Positions 11,201-24,730 of a stretch of 64,000 bases of DNA are shown in pieces. Every line of letters starts with the position of its first letter. Position 1 is the stretch's first letter. The position numbers and the translations under genes were made by a program. The notes under the pieces are model-generated. The model did no database searches. It had not been told where the DNA came from and saw only the letters and a list, made by a program, of their open reading frames with translations. The stretch is from Strigamia acuminata. Its lineage: Eukaryota. The stretch covers positions 18,166,001 through 18,230,000 of the forward strand of contig OX442314.1 in assembly GCA_949358305.1 (NCBI GenBank), given 5' to 3'.

Positions 11201-14200
11201 TAGCAGAAGAGTTGGTAATTCTTGCGTCATTCAATGTAGTAGGGGCAAATTTTATCGGTTTTTAACTATTGAAAGAAGTAACTTCTTGACATTGATTATA
11301 TCACGCTGTGTGTTACGAAATGTTATCATTTAAAAAAGATGTAAAGAACCACTCTCACCGTGCCATTAATTTCAGATGTGAGACTAAGATGTTCTTCTTT
11401 GTGACTTTGAATTTCCAGCCATTTTACGAGTGGTTTAATAGTGCCACCTTGAATAAAAACAGTGAAGAGGATGACAACCAACGTTGTTGTCACAAACAGC
11501 TGTTTATTTGGTATAATTTTTTCATCCAACATTATAACTAATGAAAAACAGACAGCTCCTCGCAAACCTCCATACGCCTATTACCGAAATTAAAAAAAAG
11601 TGTGTAATTCACTTAATTATCACTTAACTGTTGTTAAATTTAATTTACCATAATAAACTGTTCTTCATAATCAATATACCTAATTTTTTCCGAATTATTC
11701 ACCAAATAAGTTAAAAAGAACACGCCTATTAAGAAAGAAACACAATAACTCACATTTGAACTTCAAAATGAAATAAATAAGAATTAAATCTAATTACGTA
11801 CATCCAAATCTGTACACCAGGCAGAGGGCAAGTGACCAGAGAACAAAACCTGTTTGCCATGAATGTCGATCATTGATGAGCACAAGTCCCAGGAAAAAAA
11901 ATATTATACAATCACAAGTTGCACTAGTGCAATAAGTTAAAAACAATCAATTATAACCGATGTAAACATCTATGGCTATTCCTACCTGAGCATCTTGCTA
12001 AAATACTTGACTGTTGTATAAGATTTGGAAGAAATATTGGCTACAGCATACTGAGCTTGAACTAAGCCACAACCAATTATACTAGACCAAAAATATACAT
12101 GTAAACAAAAAACTAATAAAGCCTAATTTTTGTTTTTATTGTAACTTACCTAATAATCCCTGAAAAGTGTACCATTTCTGCCATTAGGTAGGACATGTAT
12201 GCCATTCCCAATAATGCGAGCGGTTCAACCACTAAATCCCATAAACAAAAAGATTGATGAAAATGTAATAAGATTGGCTGCTAAGCCACGATAAAGTAAA
12301 CGCTTTCTTTTCCTTACCTCGCACTTCTTCGGTGAATTTGGTGATTAGAGCGGTAAGAATTCCAAAAATAATACCGATACAAAGTCCACCAACACTCACA
12401 CAAAAAAATGCAGCAATACCCAGACCTACCTAATAAACGAATTGAACAGATGCGATTTCATTAAGTTTAAGTGAATGTACCTGGTCTGCGGTGATTGGTT
12501 TCATCGTCGTAAAAGCTACCATCATTGTGTAAATAACCACAGTCACAGCATCTAGACAATTGTTGAAAATGTGTTATTTTCTAATGCAAAAATCAATTCA
12601 TATTTATTTTATCTAATTATCAAATAAGCAATTTAAATAATTATTTGTTCTATCTAATGGTTACTGTCATGCAATCATTGGGAGTTAATGACATCTAATT
12701 TACCAAACAATCTTAAAATGACAGACCAGAACAAAATCAATTTTTCAAATTATGTTGTCAGAATTAGCGGAGCAAGAGGAAAATATTTAAGAACAGTTGA
12801 GTTTACCATTTAATAGGGACTCGCCAAAAACTAAAAAGTACAGATCCTTATTTACGCCCACTTCCTGGAAAATTGCCAAAACCTGAAAATAAATATAAAA
12901 CACGCTTATCTTTTAAACCTAAATTTTTCAATGCCAAACGTATTAAGGACACCATATGTTATTTACTCCTCGTTTCACGAATAATTGTTTGGATAACATA
13001 AATTATATCGTGGCGAATTTATTTCAGCAACTCGGCATAAATCATCGCAACATGACTGACAAAAGAAAAATCAATTTTTTACCGCAACTGGATCCACAGC
13101 TGAAATAAGGGCACTAAACACCAATGCCTCGACGCCACCCAAATCAACGTTTCCCATAGCTCCAGCAACTGAAAGGCCATAAAGGGTTGGACCTAGAGAG
13201 AATACCAAAAATTGCCCAGGTGAACTTTATTTTTTTCTTCTTAAAAATTTTGAATTACTCACCAATTGTAAAGCAATTGATGATGGTGCCCTTAAATATA
13301 AAATAAACATTACTTTAATGTAAGGTGGAAAACTTCAATTGTGTTTACCACAACAGCATAGAGCAAAACTGTTCCAATATTTTCAGCAAAGGCACGATCA
13401 TGGAGGGAATAAGCAGACTCTAGCATAATCCTTAATAAATTTAGAACTACATTATTATTATTACGCATAATTTTATTTTAAAAAAATATTTTTTTTTAAA
13501 TATCCTTACGGAGGTAAAAGAAACAGGAAAAATGTTTTCGGCTCAAATTGTGGAATTATATCCTCGTCGGATCCAGAAACACTAAAAATTAGTTTAGAAT
13601 TAATAAAAATTTTACGTTTTATTACATTATGTAATATAAATTATGTAATATAAAACAATAATAATTAAACTACAGTGAGTGCATTTTAAACTATTTTTAA
13701 TGGTTTTGCATTCACTACTGGGCTTTTTATTACTAACAGAAATAATTTAGCATTTAGTTTGCAATTAGTCTTAAACTAAAGTTAATAATACAATTTTAAA
13801 TTAGTAAATGCAGCGCAGCTGTCACAAATTAACTCAATATAGGGCAAAAATAAATAAAGGACAAACGAACTTATGTCAATTTGACTTTGACCACAATTGG
13901 TCTTCATTTCAGGGTTTTACTTTAAAATGAGGTCAAAATAGAGATCATGTAGCCATAATGCAAAAAATCTACCTCCTTTTAATTAACATGGCACTTCAAG
14001 CAGCAATTCAACAATGATGTTAATACAAAGAATTACAGGTAATAAAACTGATAGTAAATATAAAGTACAAGGACAAATTATCAAGGTTATTAAATGGGAG
14101 ACGTGACATCCTCTTAGGGAGGAGGGCAAATGATGAGGATGTATCCAATTGACAACGGAAACGAGAGGGGATCGTCCTGGGGGTCAGCAAATACCCAATA

Positions 14201-15839
14201 TAATATTTTTAGAATGATGTTTAATCTCAAATTCGATAGCCGGCCGACGACAGTGAAGACAATCACATCACTTTTAAGCCGATAACTCACGACACGGTGC
14301 AAAATATCCATCACCGGGGATAAAAAGGAGCTTTTGTTTATAAAGAGACCCCCACTAGGGAAATTAAACAAATGCATAATTTGGACATAAATGCTGCATT
14401 CACCGTAATGGGAAAATATTAGAAAAAGTTTGAGTAAATAATATAATGCAATTAACACATCAGGCGTGTAATTTATTAAAACATTCCCTACAGATACCAG
14501 AGACCACTTAAACAGATGTTTAATCGATCATAACACCGTTGTCGGCTCAACAACAGTACAGTACTGCTACTTTTGAAATCTAAAATCTGTTTGAATAGCT
14601 TACATACATCCGTGTAGGAATTAATAAAAAGTGTTAAATTGAAAAAGTCAGATTTTAGAGCGCTGTGTGGAATTAATTAGTTAAAGTGCACCAGATTTTC
14701 TTAAAAACAAAAACACAAATAAGACATTTAAACTTACTAAACAATCCCGCCTACGAGTGTGCCCAATAAAACAAGAAGGCTACAAAAAACAAAAGAAAAT
14801 AAAGTAATAAAGAAAATAAAGAAACGTTTTGATGTTTAGTTAAAACTTGAATGGAGTCTCTCGAAATACCAAGACTCCCATGGAAACCACTCGAGATTAC
14901 ATTTCATTGATCGCAGTGGAATATTCTCGTTTTCATGCATAATGGGAAATGTTCTATAGCAAATATTTATTTTCATTCCTGGGTTTGACAAGCGTATCTG
15001 CGAGACGGTTTCGAGTGAATTTCCAGTCAAATTAAACCTGTACAATTGATTCTAATAGGCAACAACCGATCAAATGTCAAAGAGTAGCGGTGTGTTGCCT
15101 TCAGAACACAATCAATCTCAAGCAGAGTTGTAGCGATTCTGGAAGGACATACCATGATTCTGGAAGAAGGGAAGAGAGCACATCGGCGTGATGGAAACCT
15201 ACAAGACGAAAACTGGTTCGTGAAGGCGCCAAAATCAATAGAGTTAGAACGCGTGCAAAAAAAAAACAACTACTAGTAAATGACCCAACCAATTTGAGAG
15301 ACACAAAAAGGCAAACTCAAATTAGTTCTTCCCCCTCTGGACTGTACAATTTACTTACCTACTTTACACAATCCAGCCAATATGACAAAAAAAGTGTAAA
15401 TGAAGGGCGTCCTAACGTAAAACCATCTCCAACTTGCAACTCTAATTCCTTCGTGATGTTCGTCGTGGTCCTCTTCTTTCTTGGGAACGCACCATTCGGG
15501 GCAAGTTTTATTATCCTCATGTTGGATTTCATTTCCCTCTTTATCACCTGAGGTGCAATTGGTTCCATTGTTTCGTACAGGGTTCGTCGTAACAGCTTTG
15601 GGTTGGGGTGTGTCGGTGAGTGTGTCGTTCTCTTCGCGGCGATCTTGCGGAAGCGGGCTGCGTTTTGCCTTTTCTTGAAGTCCATTCCCGTCTCCGCTCG
15701 ATTGCTGTATTATGTTGCTTTGATAGAGACGTGCGACCCTCAGGTGATGATTGCGGTGACGATGCACGTGCTCGCCGGACGCCAAAACGAGCACGATCCA
15801 CGCCACTGTCACAAGGGTCCACATTTTGAAGCCAGTCAT
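8284..15839 (-). CDS. Plasma-membrane-type Na+/H+ exchanger (SLC9A/CPA1 family), multi-exon
   Basis: Signal peptide, then LPESCLL, FFLFLLPPIMLES, ISAVDPVAVLAIF, VFGESLLNDAV, YGGLRGAV and FTVFIQGGTIKPLV across spliced exons, followed by a long cytoplasmic tail in the last exon (8284 to ~8959). Confidence 0.93.
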
Positions 15840-18800
15840 AATTGAGCATCCGCCTGGAATTTAAAACAGAAAGAAGTCGCTTTATCAAGGCTGCCAATTA
15901 AATGTTTAAAGGCGACTAACATGTCGGAAATGCTTGTTACGTAATGTAAATATATCTTCCTTAATTGATAATCAAGAGTTTAATCATGCATTTATTTTCC
16001 TATGGTGGGTTTTTATATTATTATAAGTTATAAATAAAGGCAAATTTATGCTTTATACAGACGATTTTAAATTTGTTTTCAGGAAATTGCAAGGGAAATT
16101 AGATAAAAGTTTTCATGACTCGAGGAAATCAAACAGAATATTCATTTCAATAAATTTAGTTTTCAAGATGTTTATCGTAAACCATTCACTACTGTTATTA
16201 TCAACTAGATATCGTTTTATATGCAGCATAACTGATTGTATTGTACTCTAACAATTAATTGCAACATCTACAGATTGGCAGAAAGGAAAAACAAAGACAA
16301 GCTCAGCAGTTTGTTGTGCAAATCAGTGGTCAGAGAGAAAGCAGACGGCGAGACGTTTCTTTCAAACCACTCAGTAGCTTCCCTATGGACCCCTGGAACG
16401 TGACTCACGAGACAGTTGTGTTGCAAGCTGCCAAGTTGTCATACGAAAACAGAATATAGTTTCCAATTTGTTTCTCCATGTTATTCCAATGAGAAATTTT
16501 TTTTTGTTGAAATTCTTTACAAAAATGGTGTTTGCAGGCGAAGCCGTGTGAGAAGTTACGCAGTGAAGCCGTATTGAAAGTTATGCAGTGATGAAAAATT
16601 GAAAATTCCTTTTAACTGATTTGCACACAAACGGCGACCGAAATGTACGATCAACTGAAAAGGAGTGATTTATGACTCTACAAACGTCGGTTTGAAATAT
16701 TCAAATGCCAAATCAAGGGAACCGAAAACGCAAATGTAAGCGGATCTATTAACTTTCATGGAAGTCCTTCCAAGAGTTTTTAATTTAAGTGCCATTAAAT
16801 TTGCGTAACAACACGGAAACCCTCGAATTTCACTTAATAGCTCAAGTAACAAATATATAAAACACGCAATTTATAAATCGATTACAAGTTTTTACCAGCT
16901 AGTATATCTTCTCAGAGAAAATAAGCATTGTCAGAATGCCGATGTAAATCATTCAGTTATCGATTGAGAGGCAGTAAAACCACCAGAAACTACCTTGGCG
17001 AATGTTTACATCGAGACATTTCACCTGTGATTGGAAAATAATCAAGAATGGATAGGAAAGCACATCATCAAAACAAGAAACACTATTCGAAGAAAAGTGT
17101 ACTTAAAACTTTTTTTTTAAAACCTTTTCCTGCTTTATAAAATTAAATATTTAAAAAAAAGAAGAAAAAAAACTCATAAATTAATTCTCATGATGATTTG
17201 ACAGAAATTTCACTTGGCAGCTAAAATTAAGGTTCATTAATTTAATGGCCTTCATTTAAAGAAAATTTACAAATTTGATCTGCTCGATTTTAAAATAAAA
17301 ATTAAATTTAAGGACAGTCACACTTGCTTGATCGGCCATCGTTTTGGCTTGATTTTAAAGAAAACAATTTATTTTTAGGTTTTGCATTAGCAAATTGCCA
17401 ATCTAAAAAAAAAAAAACAGTTTAAGGGGTTTAGGGTATCACACATTTCAGTTGAGCGTGGAAATTCAAAATCGTTCATTAAGAAACTATCAGAAATCAA
17501 ATTTCAATTAATTCTGTTTCCTATAATCCAATAGAGTACGGAAGCTTGTGGATTTGGCACCGCAAGAAACCCCTGCATCCAAATCAATATATGCTTGATG
17601 CGGCAAAAGAATTTTGGCTCTATGTTGGGGGTTAAGGGGTAAAGGGTCCACAGATCTCTGAAATACTCCTTCAACAATTTATACTTACAGTTGAAGAGCA
17701 TTCGATAGACTCTATCTACTTGAATTACAACTTAACATCATTTTCTTTTTCTCGAATGAAAAAACGCTACAAATTCATGTAATCCGATTAATTTCTCTGC
17801 TTAATTTGATAAAAATATATAAATCAAAGCAAAAAAAAAGAAAATCAAAATTTCAAAAAAAAAAATCATAAAAAATCAAAAATAATTTTTTTTTGCAAAA
17901 CCAAGTGCATTTTTTTTAAAATTTAAATATTAAATTATGGAATAAAATTTCAAAGTTACAAAAAAACATGTCAATATTATTCCTCTTTGCAAAATAAAAA
18001 CAAATGTATATCTACCCTTTGAGTGTTAAAATAGACATTTCTATAGAAAAAAGGGAAAAAAACAGACGAGAAAAACGAGCAATCACCAAATCAAAATAGT
18101 ATGCTGGAATTCTTGGCAAACAAACGGGAGAAAGTAAAAGAATAAATTGAATCGAATGAAACATGGGGAGAACTGAGAAGTAATAAACTGAACTAATTGG
18201 AAAAAATGAGACTTCTCCTTTCAGCAACACGCCATTAAGGTACAACATCGTCATACCCCGTTTCATTGCAAAAGAACTCATTCATATTTCCCCTTAAGAC
18301 TTAAAAAAAATCAATTTTGTCTGCCACAATATTTTGTTTTCACACATTATTCCATTCACCGTTTCCATAGTTACCTGTATTAATATTAAATCGACTTGGT
18401 GGAACATACTCGTGTCTCAAGGGCCTCGTTTTGCGTTATTGTTCCAACTATTTTTCTTCTTGTTTACTTCATTGACTTGTCTTTAAAAGGCAGAGTTCAG
18501 TCGATGAAATAATCAAGGTTTTCATAGTAAATAAGTCTCGGCGTACGTGCCGGGCTATTAATCAAGAGGATTAAATGGTCAGCATTTATCCCAGGGGCCT
18601 AAAAATAACGAATTACCGTTCGTTTATAAACCGACCCCCTAGTTGAATAGGAAGTAATTAGAAAACCGACCCCTCAAAATAAACGTTATTTAATCAAAAC
18701 GTCACGGAAACAACATGTTATGTCACAAACGTCAGAAAAAAAAAGTTATGTCACCGAATCGTGACGAAAAACTTGTTAAGTCACCGAATTTCGTTATTGC

Positions 18801-20099
18801 TCATTCATAAACCGACCACCCTTCCCCCACCCAACTTTCAATCGCAAAATTTGTACAAATTTGTACAAAATTTTCCGGCTTATGAACGAGTGTACACACA
18901 TCGTAAGTAAACTGGTCAAGTGAGCAATTTGTAAAATTATTCAGCCATCTGTATTTGTTTCCGGCACCTGCCAATAACACGTGGAAATGCATATCGATTC
19001 ATATTTTTCTTTCTTTTTTTAATTTTAGACATGTTTTCACATCAATTTGTTTTCAAATTTATTTTATTTATACTCTTATTTCAATATTATATAAGAAAAC
19101 AAATATTTTTATAATTAAATGCCTGAGTGTGTATTAATTTTCTTCTCGTTATGCGAGTTTAAACCCTTTCAACCCATGAGCAATGCCACACCTTCATTGA
19201 CAAAATATGGGTCAGTCAAAATTAATAATTATGTCGCATGTATCTCGTGATTGTAGACATGTTTTTTAATTTTTTTTTGTCAAATGCGGAAATAATGTCT
19301 GTGGTGTATATGGTCTGGGCCTCGTAATTGTAAATCATCGATATAGGACTAAAAATGAAATAAAAACAACACTTTCGCTTCGACATTGAAAACCATTGCT
19401 TGCAATCATTTGTCAAATGGTATCTGCTCATTGTATTCCAAATATTTGATAATTTCAAATACTCACGTGAGTTTCTAACAGGAGTTCTAACGGGGCGTTT
19501 GTGTGGCGTTCGTCAAAAAACGCATGCGGTTTCCTTATTAACATTGGAAGCACAAGCACAAAATTAAAAGCACTTAAAATGAAAGGTTAAACTGAATTAA
19601 CTAAAAAACTGCTTAACATATAAACCAAACGGATAAACGACAGTGGTTACGCCGTCTACACGTGCTGCGGTCCCAATTGAGTTGGTGGACCTGACGTTTA
19701 TAGGAAGACGGGCGAGTTCATCTATAAATTCTGGGGAATCGGGTTGTTGCGTATCGTTGCTATTTTCGTATCGACAAATTTCGACTCGCGCGTTGTTGCA
19801 ATAATTTTTATTTCCTTTTTAAAGCACGACTTAATGATAACGAAGACATTTTTTGAAGCAATCACGACAAATTCTACATGATCTATCGATCTATTATCGA
19901 TTTTTAAATAACAAACATAAGAAAGTTGTCAATAGGTAGCGCTACTGACCGATGCCGCAGAAAGCGGAGAATTTAAAAATTTAAAAATATAGAAATGCCA
20001 ACCATCACACAATTTATTCATGATAAAAAAAATAACAGTCCCACTAACCAATTAAAAATTACTTATAACAACAATAAAAAAAATACAAGTTGTCAGGAA

Positions 20100-23000
20100 T
20101 TAAACAGTTTGGTCCATTTCCCATTCATAGTCGCCACAGAAACCATTCAAAATTGGTTGTGCTTGTATACCTCGCCTAAGACATAAAAGTATCCAATTAA
20201 ACATTTAAAAAATACATTTTTGTCAATTTTTTACTTGAGCATTCGACATCTTTGTTGATCTAATCTAAATGCAGCACTGTTTGTATCATTTACTGATTTA
20301 TCACTCCACAGTCTCTCAGCCACAGCAGATGCTCTTGGCCTATGATAATGTCTTGTTTACAAAAATTTACTTTGTTTTTAAGCTACAAACCATAATCTAG
20401 ATAACAAATTTGTTCCATCAGCATATTCCATCCAAAGTGATGCCTGTCCGCCTATCACGAGGTTCTTTTGCTGATCAGTGCCTGTACACAAAAAGCCGCA
20501 TAAATGGCAAAGAAATTAGCGTTATAATCAATAAATTAATAAACCTTCAAAGTTTTGTGGGTCACATTCATAATATTTCTTCCAATCTGGTCCGTAACTA
20601 ATGTAATTCAAATACCAGCATGCTGATAAAACTATTTGATAGTTTTTGCTCGCAACCAGTTTAATATAATTATGCCATTTGTCCATTTTTGAATCAAGTT
20701 CAGTGTCTTTCCATACATGAACCAATGTGTCAGGCTTAAACTAAAAAAAAAGAAAAAATGCAAAAACATTCTGTATGAATTCAAAACGCGCAAATATGAC
20801 ATAAATTTCTTGCCTTCACTCCATTCTCAATTGGATCCTGCCAAGCCATGTATTTGTAGCCAATATCTGCCACATCTTTTATCAATCTTTCGGTGTAATA
20901 CTGTTCAACATGACTTATTTTTGCAAATCCTTTTTTCTGCATGAACTGTTCTATGTCTGGATTAGATCTCCTTAGAAATTAGAATTATTCATTATTTCAT
21001 TAGAGTATGATGCAAATAACGTTATCAAAAAGTGAGATGACAAACCAGCATCCGTAATAAACTTCATCCATTCCCAAATGAACGTATTCGTCTTTAAAAA
21101 CACCTTTAACTTCTTGCAATAAAGTTTTCATCACAGTAAAAGTCTTTTCTTTCATCGGATTTAAAATCTCAGCAGCAGAAAATTCGGTATAATTTGGTGT
21201 AAATGGTGTCTTTTTATCACCATAACAAGGCGTTATAATATCTTCAAAAAAATAATTTCAAATTTATTCCATCTTTGTTTAGAGTTCACTTTATACCAGG
21301 AAAGGCTTTTCCTAATGCATGGGTGTGACCTGGACTGTCTATTTCCGGGATAACCCTTATACCACGAAGGCGAGCATACTCAATAACATCTTTAATCATC
21401 GTTTGTGTGTAAACGTGTTTAGGAGAATAAGCGCCCTATAAAACACGTTTAGTACCATTAAACCCGATTAAACCCAACCTCAAGTTAGCCTGCACTAAAA
21501 TAAGGTGTATTTAGGTGTAAGTTGAAGTTATTCAATGGTACCAGATTAGGGTCCTTTCCTTAAGTAAGTTTTCGGATCTGTAAAAATAATGTATCGTAAT
21601 GTGCACCTAAAAATGTACTTATGCACTTAAAAGTGCACATTTGCACATAAAAATGTGGTTTCCCACCCCATAATGTACTTTTGTATTTAAAAATGCATAT
21701 TTTGCAATGTTTTCCACCTAAATCACACCTATTTTTAATGAGCAGTTTATTTTTATAGTTTACTAATGTAGTCAAATTGGGATAAACTTTGCTCTCAAAT
21801 GGAAATGACTGGTCATCAACAAGATGCCAATGAAAAACATTGAATTTGTTCCATTCCATGGCATCCTACGCAAAAATGAGTTATTTATTAATTGGTTGCA
21901 TTTAAAAACCACTCATGACATAAATACCAAATTCTTTTTAAGAACAGACACCGGTATATAATGTCTACCAGTGTCCAGCAGTACTCCTCTGTAGGTGAAG
22001 CGAGGGAAATCAGTTATTTTGGTGGCATTAATAATGTACTTAAAGAAAAAAAACATCACTTATCAGTTTAAAATTTACCTTACAACTGTGATATGGCATA
22101 AGTACAATGTACTTGACTTACATGACCATTATCGTTCTGATAAACAAGTTGAGAAAAGGTTTCCAAACCTCTTAACGCACCCCAAACCGTATCAGCGTCT
22201 AATTTAGCAGTTTCCGTAGAGTCATCAATGTCAATATGATCTGTAAAATACAACTAAATGAAGCTACAACTTTTTAAAGTGGTTAATGTTTCTAACAGTT
22301 CTCTTTGGATCCTTGTACAGGATAATCTTCGCAAAAACCGATTACATTGATTTCAAGAGTTTTCAACTTCGGAATTTTTGGTGGAACTCCAGTTTGCGAT
22401 TTGATTACATCACTAAATATAAGGGGCCTGTATCTCTCTGCGGCAGTTGTTAATATTGGACAGCTTGTTTTTATAACGAATGTAGATTTTTCTAAGAGCA
22501 ACAGCTTTGGAGACTTTCCCCATTTTTGTGGTAAAGGCCATGGTGTTGCAAGAGCTGGACGAATCCCCTAAAACAGCAAAAAAAAAATTAATGACATTTT
22601 TTACTGTTAGATATTTTTTTATTTTTCTTTAAATTAACTATTTGTATTCAGCTTGTATTATTCTATTTTTTTTCCTTTAAAAACCTGTTTGCAGTTATGT
22701 TGGTGACCTACTCAAGGTTAACTGTTACATTAACCAAGAATATATTCTCGATAAAACCGATAGAATAAAATCAATCTTATGCGAGAAACTTGTAATTACG
22801 GTACGTAATTTCATTAAAATGTATAGACAAACTTGTGTACGTGTAACTACAGTTTTTCAGTTTTCACCATTAATTTTGTGTTTGCAAATAAATGTTTTTT
22901 CTACAATTTCTAACTCAATTAACTTTTGTTTCCCTTTCGTTCTTGAGCTATTATTACGCTTGAAAATGAGGAATATAATTTTCTCAAGTAATGATTGCAA

Positions 23001-23166
23001 AATCAAAATCCAAGGAAAGAAAGAAATATAAAATGTATTTTTTTTGGATTTGAAAAAAAAAACTTACTGGAAGAGGACGTCTAGGGTCAAGCCAAGTGAT
23101 GTATGCAAGCGTGCATGGTATTACAAGTAATAAGAATAAAGCACAAGTTGTACTCTTGAGCTGCAT
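20100..23166 (-). CDS. HEXB: Beta-hexosaminidase (GH20), multi-exon
   Basis: Signal peptide, [41 protein letters not shown], catalytic [16 protein letters not shown] and [13 protein letters not shown]. Alpha versus beta subunit cannot be resolved by eye. Confidence 0.93.
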
Positions 23167-24730
23167 CCTTTCAGATCAGAAGGCTGCTACCACAAACGAA
23201 TTTCCTTAACGCTCTTTAAGTAGTGGAACTAGAGTCACATGATCGAATACTAAAAAACCCCTTATCCTTTATGTATTTATTTATCTTTTATTTTCTCTTT
23301 AGTAAATTACATTACTTTGTACTCCATATATGAAGTTAAATACGTTCCGTCGTACATAAATTTTAATGTGAAATTACGCGAAAAGAAAACTCTGCAAGAA
23401 GTATAATTGACCCGAGGACAAAGCCAGAGTTCATCAAGCTGACTGCCCCAAACAAATAAATTGACTAGTAATTTTTTGCTGTTGGGGTAACGTTTGATTA
23501 TTATATTAAAACTTCTGGAAAACCATAATTGCGATAACTTCTGATTTAAACAAATATAGATGGAGATACAAAAAATGATTTCATTTCAATAGAAGAAGTA
23601 GTAATACCAGATATGAATGTCATACAAAAAATAAAATGGCATTTTTTACTATTAGATAATGTTTTTTATTCTTATTCATATTAACTATTTGTATTCAAGC
23701 TTGTATTACACTATTTTTTTTTCTTTCCTAAAACCTGTTTGCAGTTATGTTGGTGACCTACTCAAGGTTGAATATATTCTCGATAAAACCGATAAAATAA
23801 CATCAGTCTTATGCGAGAAATTTGATTTGATTATACGGTTACTTGTAATTGCGGTACGTAATTTGATTAAAATGTATAGACAAACTTGTGTACGTGGAAC
23901 TACAGCTTTTCAGTTTTCACCATTAATTTTATGATGCAAATAAATATGTTTTTTCTACAATTTCTAACTCAATATTATGTAAACATCAATTAAGTTTTGT
24001 TTCCCTTTCGTTCCTGAGTTATTATTACGCTTGACCTGAAAATGATGAATACAATTTTCTCAAGTAGTGATTGCAAAATCAAAATCCCAGGAAAGAAAGA
24101 AATTTAAATGTATTTTTTTTTTGGATTTAAAAAAAAACTTACTGGAAGAGGATGTCTAGGTTCGATCCAAGTGATGTATGCAAGCGTGCATGGTATTGCA
24201 AGTAAGAAGAACAAAGCACAAGTTGTACTCTTGAACTGCATCCTTTCAGATCAGAAGGCTCCTACTACAAACGATTTTCTCTAACGCTCTTTAAGTAGTG
24301 GAACGAGAGTCACGTGATCGAATACTAAAAAACCCTTATCCTTTATTTATTTACTTATTTATCTTTTAGTTTCTCTTTAGTAAATTACATAAATTGACAA
24401 CTTTATCATTCTTTGGTTGCTTTGTATAACAACTTTAAATACATTCCGTCGCATCTAAGTTTTAATGTGAATTTTCACGAAAAGAAAACTCGGCAAGAAG
24501 TATAATTGACCCGAGGACAAAGACAGAGTTCATCAAGCTGACTGACCCAAAGAAATAAATTGACTAGTAATTTATTACTATTGGGTAATCTTTGATTAAT
24601 ATATTAAAACTTCTAGAAAACACTTAATTGCGATAACTTCTGATTTAAACAAATACTGATACAGATACAAAAAAAAAGATTTTATTTCAGTAGAATGAGA
24701 AGTAATAGCAGATATGAATGTCACACAAAA
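22590..24730. repeat. Tandem duplication (~1.05-1.1 kb unit) of the hexosaminidase promoter, first exon and part of intron 1
   Basis: ~22590-23630 and ~23635-24730 align along their length with scattered substitutions and indels. Confidence 0.92.
24143..24241 (-). CDS. Duplicated alternative first (signal peptide) exon of hexosaminidase
   Basis: 99 nt encoding [33 protein letters not shown] with intact ATG and GTAAG donor, in the same phase as 23068-23166. Confidence 0.65.

Noticed and set aside
14114..14458. 114-aa minus-strand ORF in an NHE intron
   Set aside because: No recognisable domain, and the NHE model joins correctly without it.
18500..18905. Segment with short internal repeats (AAACCGACCCC, GTTATGTCAC), possibly a transposon relic
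   Set aside because: No convincing TIRs or TSD could be defined, so it was not called.
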